The notes beneath the pieces are model-generated. The model saw only the letters and a program-made list of their open reading frames with translations, searched no databases and had not been told where the DNA came from. This document shows positions 31,828 through 40,828 of a stretch of DNA of 64,000 nt, piece after piece. Positions within the stretch are counted from its first letter, which is position 1; each line of letters opens with the position of its first letter. Source of the DNA: an uncultured delta proteobacterium (GTDB lineage Bacteria; Myxococcota; Myxococcia; Myxococcales; Anaeromyxobacteraceae); contig CAVYBH010000008.1 of NCBI GenBank assembly GCA_963766715.1, positions 128,001 through 192,000 on the forward strand. Direction: 5' to 3'. The translations under genes were made by a program, and so were the position numbers.

Positions 31828-32874
31828 TTGAACTTCGTCGCCCTGAGCATCGCCCTCTCGCTGGCCGCACCTCGCGCCGCGGCGCCCGCCGCACCGTCTC
31901 CCGAGCTGCACGAGGTCGCCACGAGCCCGGACCAGTGGACCGGGATCGCCATCTCCCGGAGCGGGCGCATCTTCGTCAACTTCCCGCGGTGGTCGGAGAA
32001 GTTGCCGATGTCGGTGGCGGAGCTCGTCGACGGCAAGCCCGTTCCGTTCCCCGACGCGGGCTGGAACGCATGGAACGGCAAGGGGACGCCAAGGGGCTTC
32101 GCGTGCGTGCAGAGCGTCGTGGTGGACGACCAGGACTTCCTCTGGGTGCTCGACCCGGCCAACCCCCGCTTCCAGGGCGTCCTCCCTTCCGGTCCGGTCC
32201 TCTACAAGTTCCGGCTGTCCAATCGGGCGCTCGTCGCGACGCTTCGCTTCCCCCCGGAGGCCTGGGTCGCCACGTCGTACCTGAACGACGTTCGCGTGGA
32301 CACCCGCCGGGAGGTGGCCTACGTGAGCGACTCCGGCGCCGCTGCCATCGTGGTGATCGATCTGAAGGCGGGGACCTTCCGGCGCCTGCTCGACCACGCG
32401 GCCGTCACCCGCGCGTCCCGGAACTCGCTGCGCGTGGCCGGGCACGTCTGGAAGAACACGGTCAACGTGGACGGCATCGCCCTCGATCCGTCCGGCGACC
32501 TGCTCTACTTCTCGGCGCTCACCGGCGACGACCTCTACCAGGTCCCGACGAGGGCCCTTCTCGACCGCACGATGTCGCCGCAGGCGCTCGTCCGGGAGGT
32601 GGAGCGCGTGGTGCGCATCGGCGCCGCCGACGGGATGCTCTTCGGACGGGACGGGAGGCTCTACTTCGGGGGGCTCGAGACGGGCTCGGTCGAGGTGCTC
32701 GTTCCGCCCGACCGGGTGGCGACGGTCGTCCGCGATCCCCGCATCCGCTGGGCCGACAGCTTCGCCCAGGACGCCGTGGGGAACCTCTACTTCACGACCT
32801 CCCAGATCCACCTTCCCCCGGCCGAGCGTGGACCGTACGCCATCTACCGCATCGACGCGGCCTCGCTTCGCTGA
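31828..32874 (+). CDS. Major royal jelly / Yellow (L-dopachrome tautomerase-related) beta-propeller protein
   Basis: GRIFVNFPRW, VQSVVVD..LWVLDP, YLNDVRVD, AYVSDSG, DGIAL, IRWADSF. Confidence 0.88.
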   Translation: MNFVALSIALSLAAPRAAAPAAPSPELHEVATSPDQWTGIAISRSGRIFVNFPRWSEKLPMSVAELVDGKPVPFPDAGWNAWNGKGTPRGFACVQSVVVDDQDFLWVLDPANPRFQGVLPSGPVLYKFRLSNRALVATLRFPPEAWVATSYLNDVRVDTRREVAYVSDSGAAAIVVIDLKAGTFRRLLDHAAVTRASRNSLRVAGHVWKNTVNVDGIALDPSGDLLYFSALTGDDLYQVPTRALLDRTMSPQALVREVERVVRIGAADGMLFGRDGRLYFGGLETGSVEVLVPPDRVATVVRDPRIRWADSFAQDAVGNLYFTTSQIHLPPAERGPYAIYRIDAASLR

Positions 32875-32892
32875 CCCTCCCGGAGACCCGAA

Positions 32893-33318
32893 TTGAACCT
32901 GCCTGCCCTCCTCGCGCTCGTCGCCGTCCTTCCCGCCGCCCCGCCACCGGAGACACCGGAGGCGCTGGCCCGGGGGGAGGACCGGATGCGCGACTTCTGC
33001 CTGGCCTGCCACGTGCTCGAGCCGGGCCCGGGCGTGACCAACCCGCTCCACCCCAGGATCACCCCGGAGAAGTGGGGGACCTACGAGCAGGCCTGGGAGA
33101 ACGTGGGGAACCTGAACCGCATCCGTCCGCAGATGGCCCACGCCTTCCGGGGCAACGACGAGGACCGGCGCGCGCTCGCCCTCTTCCTCTCCCGGATGGG
33201 ACGGGAGAACGTCGTCCCCTGGTGGAAGAAGGCCCTGCCCTACGCCGGGCTCGCACTGGCCGTGGCCGCGGCCGGCGGCTTCTTCTTGAAGTCCCGGCGC
33301 GGCTCGGACCGGGAGTGA
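32893..33318 (+). CDS. Monoheme cytochrome c with C-terminal membrane anchor
   Basis: Signal peptide, CLACH, PQM, C-terminal TM followed by basic residues. Confidence 0.78.
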   Translation: MNLPALLALVAVLPAAPPPETPEALARGEDRMRDFCLACHVLEPGPGVTNPLHPRITPEKWGTYEQAWENVGNLNRIRPQMAHAFRGNDEDRRALALFLSRMGRENVVPWWKKALPYAGLALAVAAAGGFFLKSRRGSDRE

Positions 33319-33338
33319 CGACGACGTCCCCGCGGACG

Positions 33339-34247
33339 TCACGACGCCGGATCGACGGGAACGGGAGGACGGACCGCCTCCCCGTCGCCCCTCGCGAGCT
33401 CGGCGAGGCCGGCGATGCGGATGGCCCTGCCCCACCCCACCGCCGCGGCCGCGACCTGGGCCAGCAGGACCCCGCGCCCAGGCGCTCCAGGCCGGCCCGG
33501 CCGGCAGGCGCTGCCGGAGCGCCATCACCACGAGTCCCAGGCCGATGCCGGCGACGGCCCCCACGAGCCCGACGCGGACGGCGCGGACCGGGCTGCGAAT
33601 CACCATCCAGGTCCCGGAGAGCCAGGCCAGGAAGCGCGCTCCGTCGCGCCGGCTGCGCGGCCATCCGGGCGCGCCCGGCGTCCACGGTCAGGTGGGCCAG
33701 GAAGAAGAGGCCGGCCGCGACGGCCAGCGCCCAGCGCCCCTGGACCACGGCCGCGTGCTCGGTGACGGCCTTCTCCGCCGGCCTTCCGCGCCAGGACGAA
33801 GACGCCCGAGGTCGCGAGCCCGGCGGCGCCGAGCGGGAGGACCGCGGCGACGGCCATCCGGAGCATCCGCCCGTAGGCCTCCCCGGCCCCGGCCAGCAGG
33901 GGACGGAATCGCAGCGGCTGCTCCGAGCGGGCCTCGGCCAGCGCGACGCCGGCCATGGCGGGCGCCACGAGCAGCGCCAGCACCAGGCCCCCGAGCAGGC
34001 CGCCCGGGATGGCCTGGGCCGCCGGCTTCTCCTCCAGCCCGTGCAGGAGATCGGGCAGCCAGGAGCTCTCCATGCCCCGGGCCAGGAGGTCGGCGCGGGG
34101 GGCGTGGTCGAGGAGCCCGGAGAGGAACTGCCAGACCGGGAGGGTCGCGAGCGCGGCCGGGACCAGGGTGGCGAGCGCGAAGAGGAAGAGCATCCGCCAG
34201 CGCGTGGCGCGGGCGAGGCCGACGCGAACCGGGGCCGCGGGGATCAC
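33339..34247 (-). CDS. Hypothetical multi-pass membrane protein, frameshifted
   Basis: GTGA overlap with the aminopeptidase; several TMs across joined frames. Confidence 0.65.
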
Positions 34248-36380
34248 AGGGCCTCCACGAGCGCGAGCAGGAACTGGATCCAGCCGCCCGTGCCGAGCGC
34301 GAGCCGGGCCGCCGGGCCGCCCTTCGCCTCGCGCCGCCGCCCGTCGTCGAGCTTGTCGAGATCGAGGTAGACGGCCCGATCGACGTCGAGCTGCGCCGAG
34401 CGGACCTTCACCGGTCGTATCATCTCCCAGCGCCCCCATCGTCTCCCCGGCGGGCCAGTCGATGCGCTCCTCCGATCCGTCCTCGAAGGTGACGACCACG
34501 GTCTGGGGCACGCCCGTCCCCCGGCGCCGCGCGGTGACCACGCTGCGCCACGGGAAGGGGCCCGGCTTGCCGTCCTCGACCTTGCCGTGCTCCTTCTTCC
34601 AGGCCTCGCGGGCGTCCGCGACGGCCTTGTCCCGCGCCTTCCCGGTCACCTCCGACCGCTTCCCGTCCTTCTCCGCCTGTCCCAGCCCGGGCAGGACCTC
34701 GGTGGCCTTCACCTCGACGATCCGGTCGTCCACCGGGCCGTTCGCGAAGACCTGCGCCTCGAACCAGCGCTCGACGATCCCCCGGTCGGCGCCCGCGTCC
34801 ACGAAGGCCTCGCGCAGGTCGGCCGTGCCCGGGTGGCGGTGAGTGCCAGCGCTGGTAGTAGAGCTTCATGGCCTTCTCGAAGAGCTCCGTTCCCAGGACG
34901 CGCTCGAGGTCGTGGAAGACCAGCGCGGTGCGGGGGTAGACGAGGCCGTAGCTGGCGCCCGACCAGCGCTTCCACGAGTTGCCCGCGATGGGGTCGGCCT
35001 GGTGGCGCGACGGTGCCGGTGGCCCGCTCCAGGTCCCAGATGCCCAGGCCCGGCAGGCGGAACCCGAGCCAGCGCAGCGGCGCCGGCAGCCGGAAGGTGA
35101 CCACCTCGTCGGCGAGCATCCGCGAGTTCCACAGCTCGTTCATGCCCTCGTCGAGGAAGGGCTCCTCGAACTCGTTCGAGCGCGAGCAACCCCATGAAGT
35201 AGCCGTGGCCGAACTCGTGGACCGTCACGTAGCGCGTCACGCCCTCGGCCTGCATCGGGAACTCGTTGCCGCCGACCGTGGTGAAGAAGGTCTCGTACTC
35301 CATCCCTCCGGCCTCCAGGGCGTTGAAGGGCGGGACGAGCACCGTGACCTGCTCGTACGGATAGGGGCCCAGCGTGCGGGAGTAGTAGGAGAGCGCGTCG
35401 GTGGTCGCCTGCAGCGCCTCCCGGGCCGAGCGCTCGAACTCGGGCGGGTACCAGACCTCGACCCGCACCTGGGGGCTCCCGGGGCCGGTCCAGGCGCCGA
35501 CCAGGGGCTCGGCGAACCCGTTCCACGCGGTGAAGGCGACGTCGTGCACGTCGGCCGCGCGGAACCTCCAGGCCACGCCGTCGGCTCCCCTGGCCGGCTT
35601 GCCCACCGGCACGCCGCTCGCCGCGACCCGGTAGCCCTCGGGGACCACCACCTCGAGGTCGTAGGCGCCGAAGTCGGCGTAGAACTCGCTGTGGAAGTGG
35701 AACTCGTGGACGTTCCAGCGCGGCCTCGTCGCGCCCCGCTCCCCGGGCAGCTCGAGCACCCCGATCTTCGGGTACCACTGGCCGGCCAGGTGGAAGGCGT
35801 CGAACCAGCCGGTGCGCGCCGTCACGCGAGGAAGCTGGTCGAAGAAGTCGATGTCGAGGGTGGTCGTGCCGCCCGGCGCGACCGGCTCGGGAAGGTCCAC
35901 GCGGACCACGGTGTGGTCGGTGTCGGGGCCGCCGTCGGGGTGGACGAACGCCCAGGCCGCGGGGCGTCCCCGCTGCGCCACCCGGCGGAGCTCGATCCAG
36001 CCCCACTCCCCCTCCTCCATCTCCACCCCGCTGCGGAAGGCGCCGTAGCGCCTCCCCTCCCGCTGGAACGTCGACCCCTCCGACTCGAAGGCGTTCAGGT
36101 AGAGGTGGAGGTACACGCTGTGGACCGCGACGTCGCTCCGGTTGCGCCAGGTGAGCGTCTCGCTCCCGGTGAGGGTGTGCTTGACCGGATCGAGCACGGC
36201 GCGGATGGCATAGTCGGCGACGCGGTCGGAGAGGGTCGCCTCCTTCCCGGTGCGCGCGCCCCCCCAGGCCCCGGGCGAGCTGGGCACGCGGACCGCCCCG
36301 GCCTCGGCCCCGGCCACCTCGATCTCGACGGCCTGCGTGGACAGGAGGAGGACCGACAGTGCGAGGGTCGAAATGGGCAT
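34244..36380 (-). CDS. M1 family zinc aminopeptidase, frameshifted
   Basis: GGMEY, HEFGHGYF, then LDEG in the next frame; QWYPK. Confidence 0.9.
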
Positions 36381-36441
36381 TCACCCCCAATACCCCGATG
36401 TGGCCTCCCCTTTCCACCCGGGGGCCCCTTAGATCCGCGCC

Positions 36442-37173
36442 ATGCTCACCATCCGACGCGCCGGGGATCGCGGCCACTTCGACCACGGCTGGCTCGACAC
36501 CCGCCACACCTTCTCCTTCGCCGACTACCACGACGATCGGTTCATGGGCTTCTCCGATCTCCGGGTCATCAACGAGGACCGGGTGAAGGGCGGGCAGGGC
36601 TTCGGCACCCACGGCCATCGCGACATGGAGATCCTGTCCTACGTGCTGGAGGGCGAGCTCGGCCACGGCGACTCGATGGGCAACGGCTCGGTGATCCGCC
36701 CGGGCGAGCTGCAGCGGATGAGCGCCGGGATCGGGCGTCACGCACTCCGAGCGGAACCCGTCCCGGGACCTCCCGGTCCACTTCCTCCAGATCTCGGATC
36801 CTCCCGCGCGAGCGCGGCATCCAGCCCGGCTACGAGCAGCGCGCCTTCCCGGAGGCCGAGCGCCGCGGGCGCCTGCGCCGGGTCGCCTCGCCGGACGGGC
36901 GCGACGGGTCCCTCACCATCCACCAGGACGCGTCGGTGTTCGTGGCGCTCCTCGGCCCGGGGGACCGGGTCCGGCACGAGATCCCCCCGGGCCGGGCGGC
37001 CTGGGTCCAGGTCGCCCGGGGTGAGCTGACGGTGAACGGGCGAGCGCCTCCGGGCCGGCGATGGGCTCGCGGCGGTCGACGAGGCGGCGCTCGAGCTGTC
37101 CGGCGCCGGCACCGCCGACGCGGAGGTCCTGGTGTTCGACCTGCGCGGCCAGGTCCGCGACCCGGCGTCCTAG
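36442..37173 (+). CDS. Pirin family protein (YhhW-like), frameshifted
   Basis: [43 protein letters not shown]. Confidence 0.92.
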
Positions 37174-37571
37174 TGCCTGGGCGGCATCCCGGCCGGGGCG
37201 CAGGCCAGCGCGCCCTGCCCGTCCGGCCCCGTCCGGCAGGTCCCGGCCATGTCCTGGCCGTGGAAGCTCACGCTGCAGGAGGCGCCCTCGGCGAGCCCCT
37301 GGCATGCCTGGAAGGCCTCCGGCGGCGGCCCGCGGTGGTGGGCGGGCATGCAGGCGGCGGCCTGGCCGTCCGGGCCGGTCCGGCAGGTGCCGGTGACGGC
37401 CTGATCGCCCATGGTGAAGGAGCAGGCGGCGCCCTCCTGGATGCCGCTGCAGGCCTGGATGGACTCGGGCGGGGGACCGTGGGGGGGCGGCGGGGGGTCG
37501 TCGGCCAGCGCCGTCAGGCTTCCCAGGACCAGCGCGGCGCCGAGCACCCACTTCGTCGTTCGGTGCGTCAT
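37170..37571 (-). CDS. Small secreted protein with two 4-Cys repeats
   Basis: Signal peptide; GPPPESIQACSGIQEGAACSF..GTCRTGPDG..AC and GPPPEAFQACQGLAEGASCSV..GTCRTGPDG..AC. Confidence 0.82.
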   Translation of the reverse strand: MTHRTTKWVLGAALVLGSLTALADDPPPPPHGPPPESIQACSGIQEGAACSFTMGDQAVTGTCRTGPDGQAAACMPAHHRGPPPEAFQACQGLAEGASCSVSFHGQDMAGTCRTGPDGQGALACAPAGMPPRH

Positions 37572-37619
37572 GTCGTTCTCCCGTGGCCGCGGGCGGTGCG
37601 CCCTGCCCGGCCTGCAGGA

Positions 37620-37648
37620 AGGACCGGCGGCGAGCCTCCGGCGTTAGC
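37620..37648 (-). promoter_or_regulatory. Conserved 29-bp motif copy 1 (putative ECF promoter)
   Basis: GCTAACGCCGGAGGCTCGCCGCCGGTCCT, ending 48 bp upstream of the Cys-repeat gene ATG. Confidence 0.7.
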
Positions 37649-38128
37649 GGCGGGGGCGGAGGGCGGCGCCCGGCGGCGGCTCACCCGGGGGTGGGCCGGG
37701 CGGCTCCATCCCGCGCGGCCCGGGGCCGGGGGGCCCATCCCGTGACCCATGCCGGGAAACGGCGGGCGGCGCGCCCGCACGGCGTCGAACCGGGCGGCCT
37801 GCTCCGGCGTGAGCAGCGCCCGGACCTCGGCCTCGGCGCGCTCCTGGATGGCGCGCACGCGCGGGAAGGACTCCTGGATGGCGGCCTCCAGCTCCGGGCG
37901 GTGTCGCTCGAAGATGGCGCGCGCCTTCTCCGCCTGCTCCGGGGAGAGCCCCAGCTCCACGAGCGGCGGGGGAAGCATTCCGCCGCGACCGGGCGGCCCG
38001 GCGGGGCGCGGGGGCGGACGGAGGAAGTGGGCCAGCCCGGCGCCGGTCGCCGCGCCGGCCAGGAAGACGCCGAGGAGGATGAGGGCCGTCCAGAGGTGGA
38101 GGCGGCGGGCGGCGGGGTCAGCGGGCAT
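37644..38128 (-). CDS. Spy/CpxP/periplasmic heavy-metal sensor-like protein
   Basis: TM LLGVFLAGAATG; LGLSPEQ and LLTPEQ motifs. The raw ORF runs on to 37568; a stop at TAA 37644 assumes an indel in the GC tail. Confidence 0.75.
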
Positions 38129-38450
38129 CGTTCACTCCCAGTACATGAAGGACGTCGACGCCGTCGGGGATGGCGCCCTGCTCGGCCCAGGCGGTGACGA
38201 CCGCCACCGGGTCGGCGGTGCGCGACTCGGACGCACCGCCCCCGCGGGCCAGCAGCACGGGAACCCAGACCAGGATCGCCGCCGCGGCGGCCAGGGCGAC
38301 CCCGACCCGGCCGCGGGCCACCAGCGCCGAGGCGATCGACTCCGGCCGCGGCTGGCCGGCCCGGGCGAGCACCGACTGCACCATGCGCTCGAAGCGCTCC
38401 GGATCCCCGCCCGGATCGAGCGCAGAGAGATCAATTCGCCGATCGTCCAT
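38118..38450 (-). CDS. Putative single-TM anti-sigma factor
   Basis: Overlaps the sigma stop; short cytoplasmic part, TM VALAAAAAILVWV, short external tail. Confidence 0.65.
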   Translation of the reverse strand: MDDRRIDLSALDPGGDPERFERMVQSVLARAGQPRPESIASALVARGRVGVALAAAAAILVWVPVLLARGGGASESRTADPVAVVTAWAEQGAIPDGVDVLHVLGVNDAR

Positions 38451-39015
38451 CGCTGGCCTCCTTCGGGGCCGGCGCCGCCGCCCCGTCGTCTCCGAGCCAC
38501 TCCCGCATCACCCGGCGCGCCACGAACAGGTGCTGGCGCGACATCACCTCCGAGATCCCGATCGCGGCGGCGATCTCGGCGTGGGTCCAGGACTCGAGGT
38601 CGTGGAGCAGCACCACCTCGCGCTGCACCGGGCCCAGCTGCCCGAGCGCGCCGACGAGGCGCCTCCGGAGCAGCACCTGGGGCGCGTCGGTTCCCGCCCA
38701 CTCGCCCCGCGGGACCTCGTCGAGCAGGCCAAGGCGGGTGCGCCGCTGCTCGGCGTGGTTCTTCACGCGGTTGCGGACCCCCTGGAACAGCCAGCCCGCG
38801 AAGCGCTCCGGCTCCCGGCACTGGTCGAGCCGCTCCAGCGCCGCGACGAGCGACTCCTGCGCCAGGTCCTCGGCGTCTGCCACGTTCCGGGTCAGCGAGA
38901 GCGCGACCGCGTAGGCCGGCCGAAGGTAGCGGCGCACCAGCGCCTCCCGGGCTGCGGCCTCGCCGCGCCTCGCCCGCACCACCAGCGTCCCGTCGCTCTC
39001 GGTCCCGTCCGCCAT
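38431..39015 (-). CDS. ECF RNA polymerase sigma factor
   Basis: DAEDLAQE, FAGWLFQ..RN (sigma2); QREVVLLHDLESWTHAEIA..SRQHLFVAR (sigma4). Confidence 0.9.
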   Translation of the reverse strand: MADGTESDGTLVVRARRGEAAAREALVRRYLRPAYAVALSLTRNVADAEDLAQESLVAALERLDQCREPERFAGWLFQGVRNRVKNHAEQRRTRLGLLDEVPRGEWAGTDAPQVLLRRRLVGALGQLGPVQREVVLLHDLESWTHAEIAAAIGISEVMSRQHLFVARRVMREWLGDDGAAAPAPKEASDGRSAN

Positions 39016-39028
39016 GCCTGTCCACCGG

Positions 39029-39057
39029 TAGACCGGCGGCCAGCCGGGAGCGTTAGC
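39029..39057 (-). promoter_or_regulatory. Conserved 29-bp motif copy 2 (putative autoregulatory ECF promoter)
   Basis: GCTAACGCTCCCGGCTGGCCGCCGGTCTA, ending 13 bp upstream of the sigma ATG. Confidence 0.72.
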
Positions 39058-39484
39058 ACGGGGGGGCCGGAGGGGATACGGCGGCCAGGGCGTCCCGGCC
39101 CAGGGTCGAGACGAGGACCACGGCGGTCTCCACGTCCCATCGGCGGGCCGCGGCCCTCCGGCGCGTCTCGGGGGCGGGCGCAGGCAGGGCCCCCACCTCG
39201 CCCGCGCGGTCGCGCAGGTCCTCGGCGAGCGCATGCAGCACCGCGTCGAGGACCCCTTCGCGGGTCCACTTCTGGAACCGGCGGTGGCACGTCTGCGGTG
39301 GCGGGTAGCGGCGCGGCAGGTCGGCCCACGGCGCGCCGGTGCGAAGCACCCAGAGGATCCCGTTCATCACGTCCCGGGGGTCGCGCCACGGCCGCCCTCC
39401 CCTCAGGCCGGTCCGGACCACCTCCGGCTCCGGGATCAGGTGACGGATCACTTCCCACTGCGCGTTGGTCAGGTCGGCTCCCAT
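39053..39484 (-). mobile_element. IS5-family transposase N-terminal domain (DUF4096-like) only; no DDE domain
   Basis: DLTNAQWEVI..GRP..NGILWVLRTGAPWADLPRRY..TCHRRFQKW..GV; AAGGGG RBS; no second transposase ORF or terminal inverted repeats seen. Confidence 0.85.
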
Positions 39485-39529
39485 CGTGTCCCCTTGGCCT
39501 CGGCCCTCCCGGCCGGGCGGTTCGGGGAA

Positions 39530-39558
39530 GAGACCGGCGACGGCCCGAGGGCGTTAGC
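39530..39558 (-). promoter_or_regulatory. Conserved 29-bp motif copy 3 (putative ECF promoter)
   Basis: GCTAACGCCCTCGGGCCGTCGCCGGTCTC, ending 45 bp upstream of the transposase-fragment ATG. Confidence 0.68.
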
Positions 39559-39656
39559 GCGGGAAGACCCGTTCGGGGCCGGAAATTCCACGGGGTCCGA
39601 GTGCGGCCCGATCGGGGTATAAGGATGCCCTCTTCACCGAAACCGAGAGGAAATCC

Positions 39657-40825
39657 ATGCGCCGCCGCGCTCTTTTCCCGTCCCTCGCCGCCTCCGTCGT
39701 TCGCCGTCCTGCTCGCCCTGGCCGCCTGCTCCAAGGAGAAGGCGCCCGGCCGCGATGCCCCCGCCGGAGATCCCGGTCGTGACGGTGACCGACAAGGACA
39801 CCCCGCTCGACTTCGACCTGGTGGCCCAGCTGCGCGGCTACGAGGACGTGGAGATCCGGGCCCGGGTCGAGGGCTACCTCGAGTCCATCGACTACAAGGA
39901 AGGCTCGACGGTGAAGAAGGGCGCGCGCCTCTTCACCATCGACGACCAGCAGTACATCGCCGCAATGGCCCAGGCCCAGGCCCAGCTGGCCGCCGCCCAG
40001 AACCAGTTCGACAAGGGCGACCTGGACGTGAAGCGCTTCACGCCGCTCGCCGCCGAGCGCGCGGTCAGCCAGGCCGAGCTCGACAACGCCATCTCCGCGC
40101 GCAAGTCGGGCGCGGCGCAGGTGGAGGCCGCCAAGGCCAACGTCGAGAAGGCGCGACTCAACCTCTCGTACACCAAGGTCACCTCGCCCATCGAAGGGGT
40201 CGCCGGAAAGGCCGAGCACAAGGTCGGCGACCTGGTGGGCAAGGGGGAGCCCACGCTCCTCACCACCGTCTCCTCCATCGACCCCATCCGCGCCAGCGTC
40301 GCCATCCCCGAGGCCGACTACCTCCGCTTCACCCGCTCGGTGGAGACGGGCCAGTCGCTCAAGTCGAAGTCCGCGCCGGTCCTGATCCTCTCCGACGGCA
40401 CCACCCATCCCTACCCGGGGAAGGTGCTCTTCGTCGACCGCGCCGTCGATCCCCAGACCGGCACGCTCCGCGTGGACCTGGCCTTCCCGAATCCCGGGAA
40501 GACGCTGCGCCCCGGGCTCTACGGCAAGGTGAAGGCGGAGTCGGAGATCGTGAAGGGCGCCATCCTCGTCCCGCAGCGCGCCGTGCAGGAGCTCCAGGGC
40601 ACCTACACGGTGGTGGTGGTGGGACAGGGAGACAAGATCGAGACCCGCAAGGTCACGCCCGGCCAGAAGGTCGGCAGCCAGTGGATCATCCAGGACGGGC
40701 TGAAGCCTGGCGATCGCGTGGTGGTGGAGGGCTTCCAGCGGCTGCGCGACGGCATGACGATCGTCCCGAAGCCGATCGCCGCACCCGCGCCGGCGGCGAG
40801 TCCCGCGCCGGCCGGGGGGAAGTGA
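39657..40825 (+). CDS. RND efflux periplasmic adaptor (MFP) lipoprotein, indels near start
   Basis: LAAC lipobox, VEIRARVEGYL, LNLSYTKVTSPIEG, VDPQTGT, LVPQRAV. Confidence 0.93.
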
Positions 40826-40828
40826 GCC

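Noticed and set aside
39053..39484. Intact IS5 element expressed by programmed frameshift
   Set aside because: No room or sequence for a downstream DDE ORF, no A-rich slippery site and no terminal inverted repeats found.
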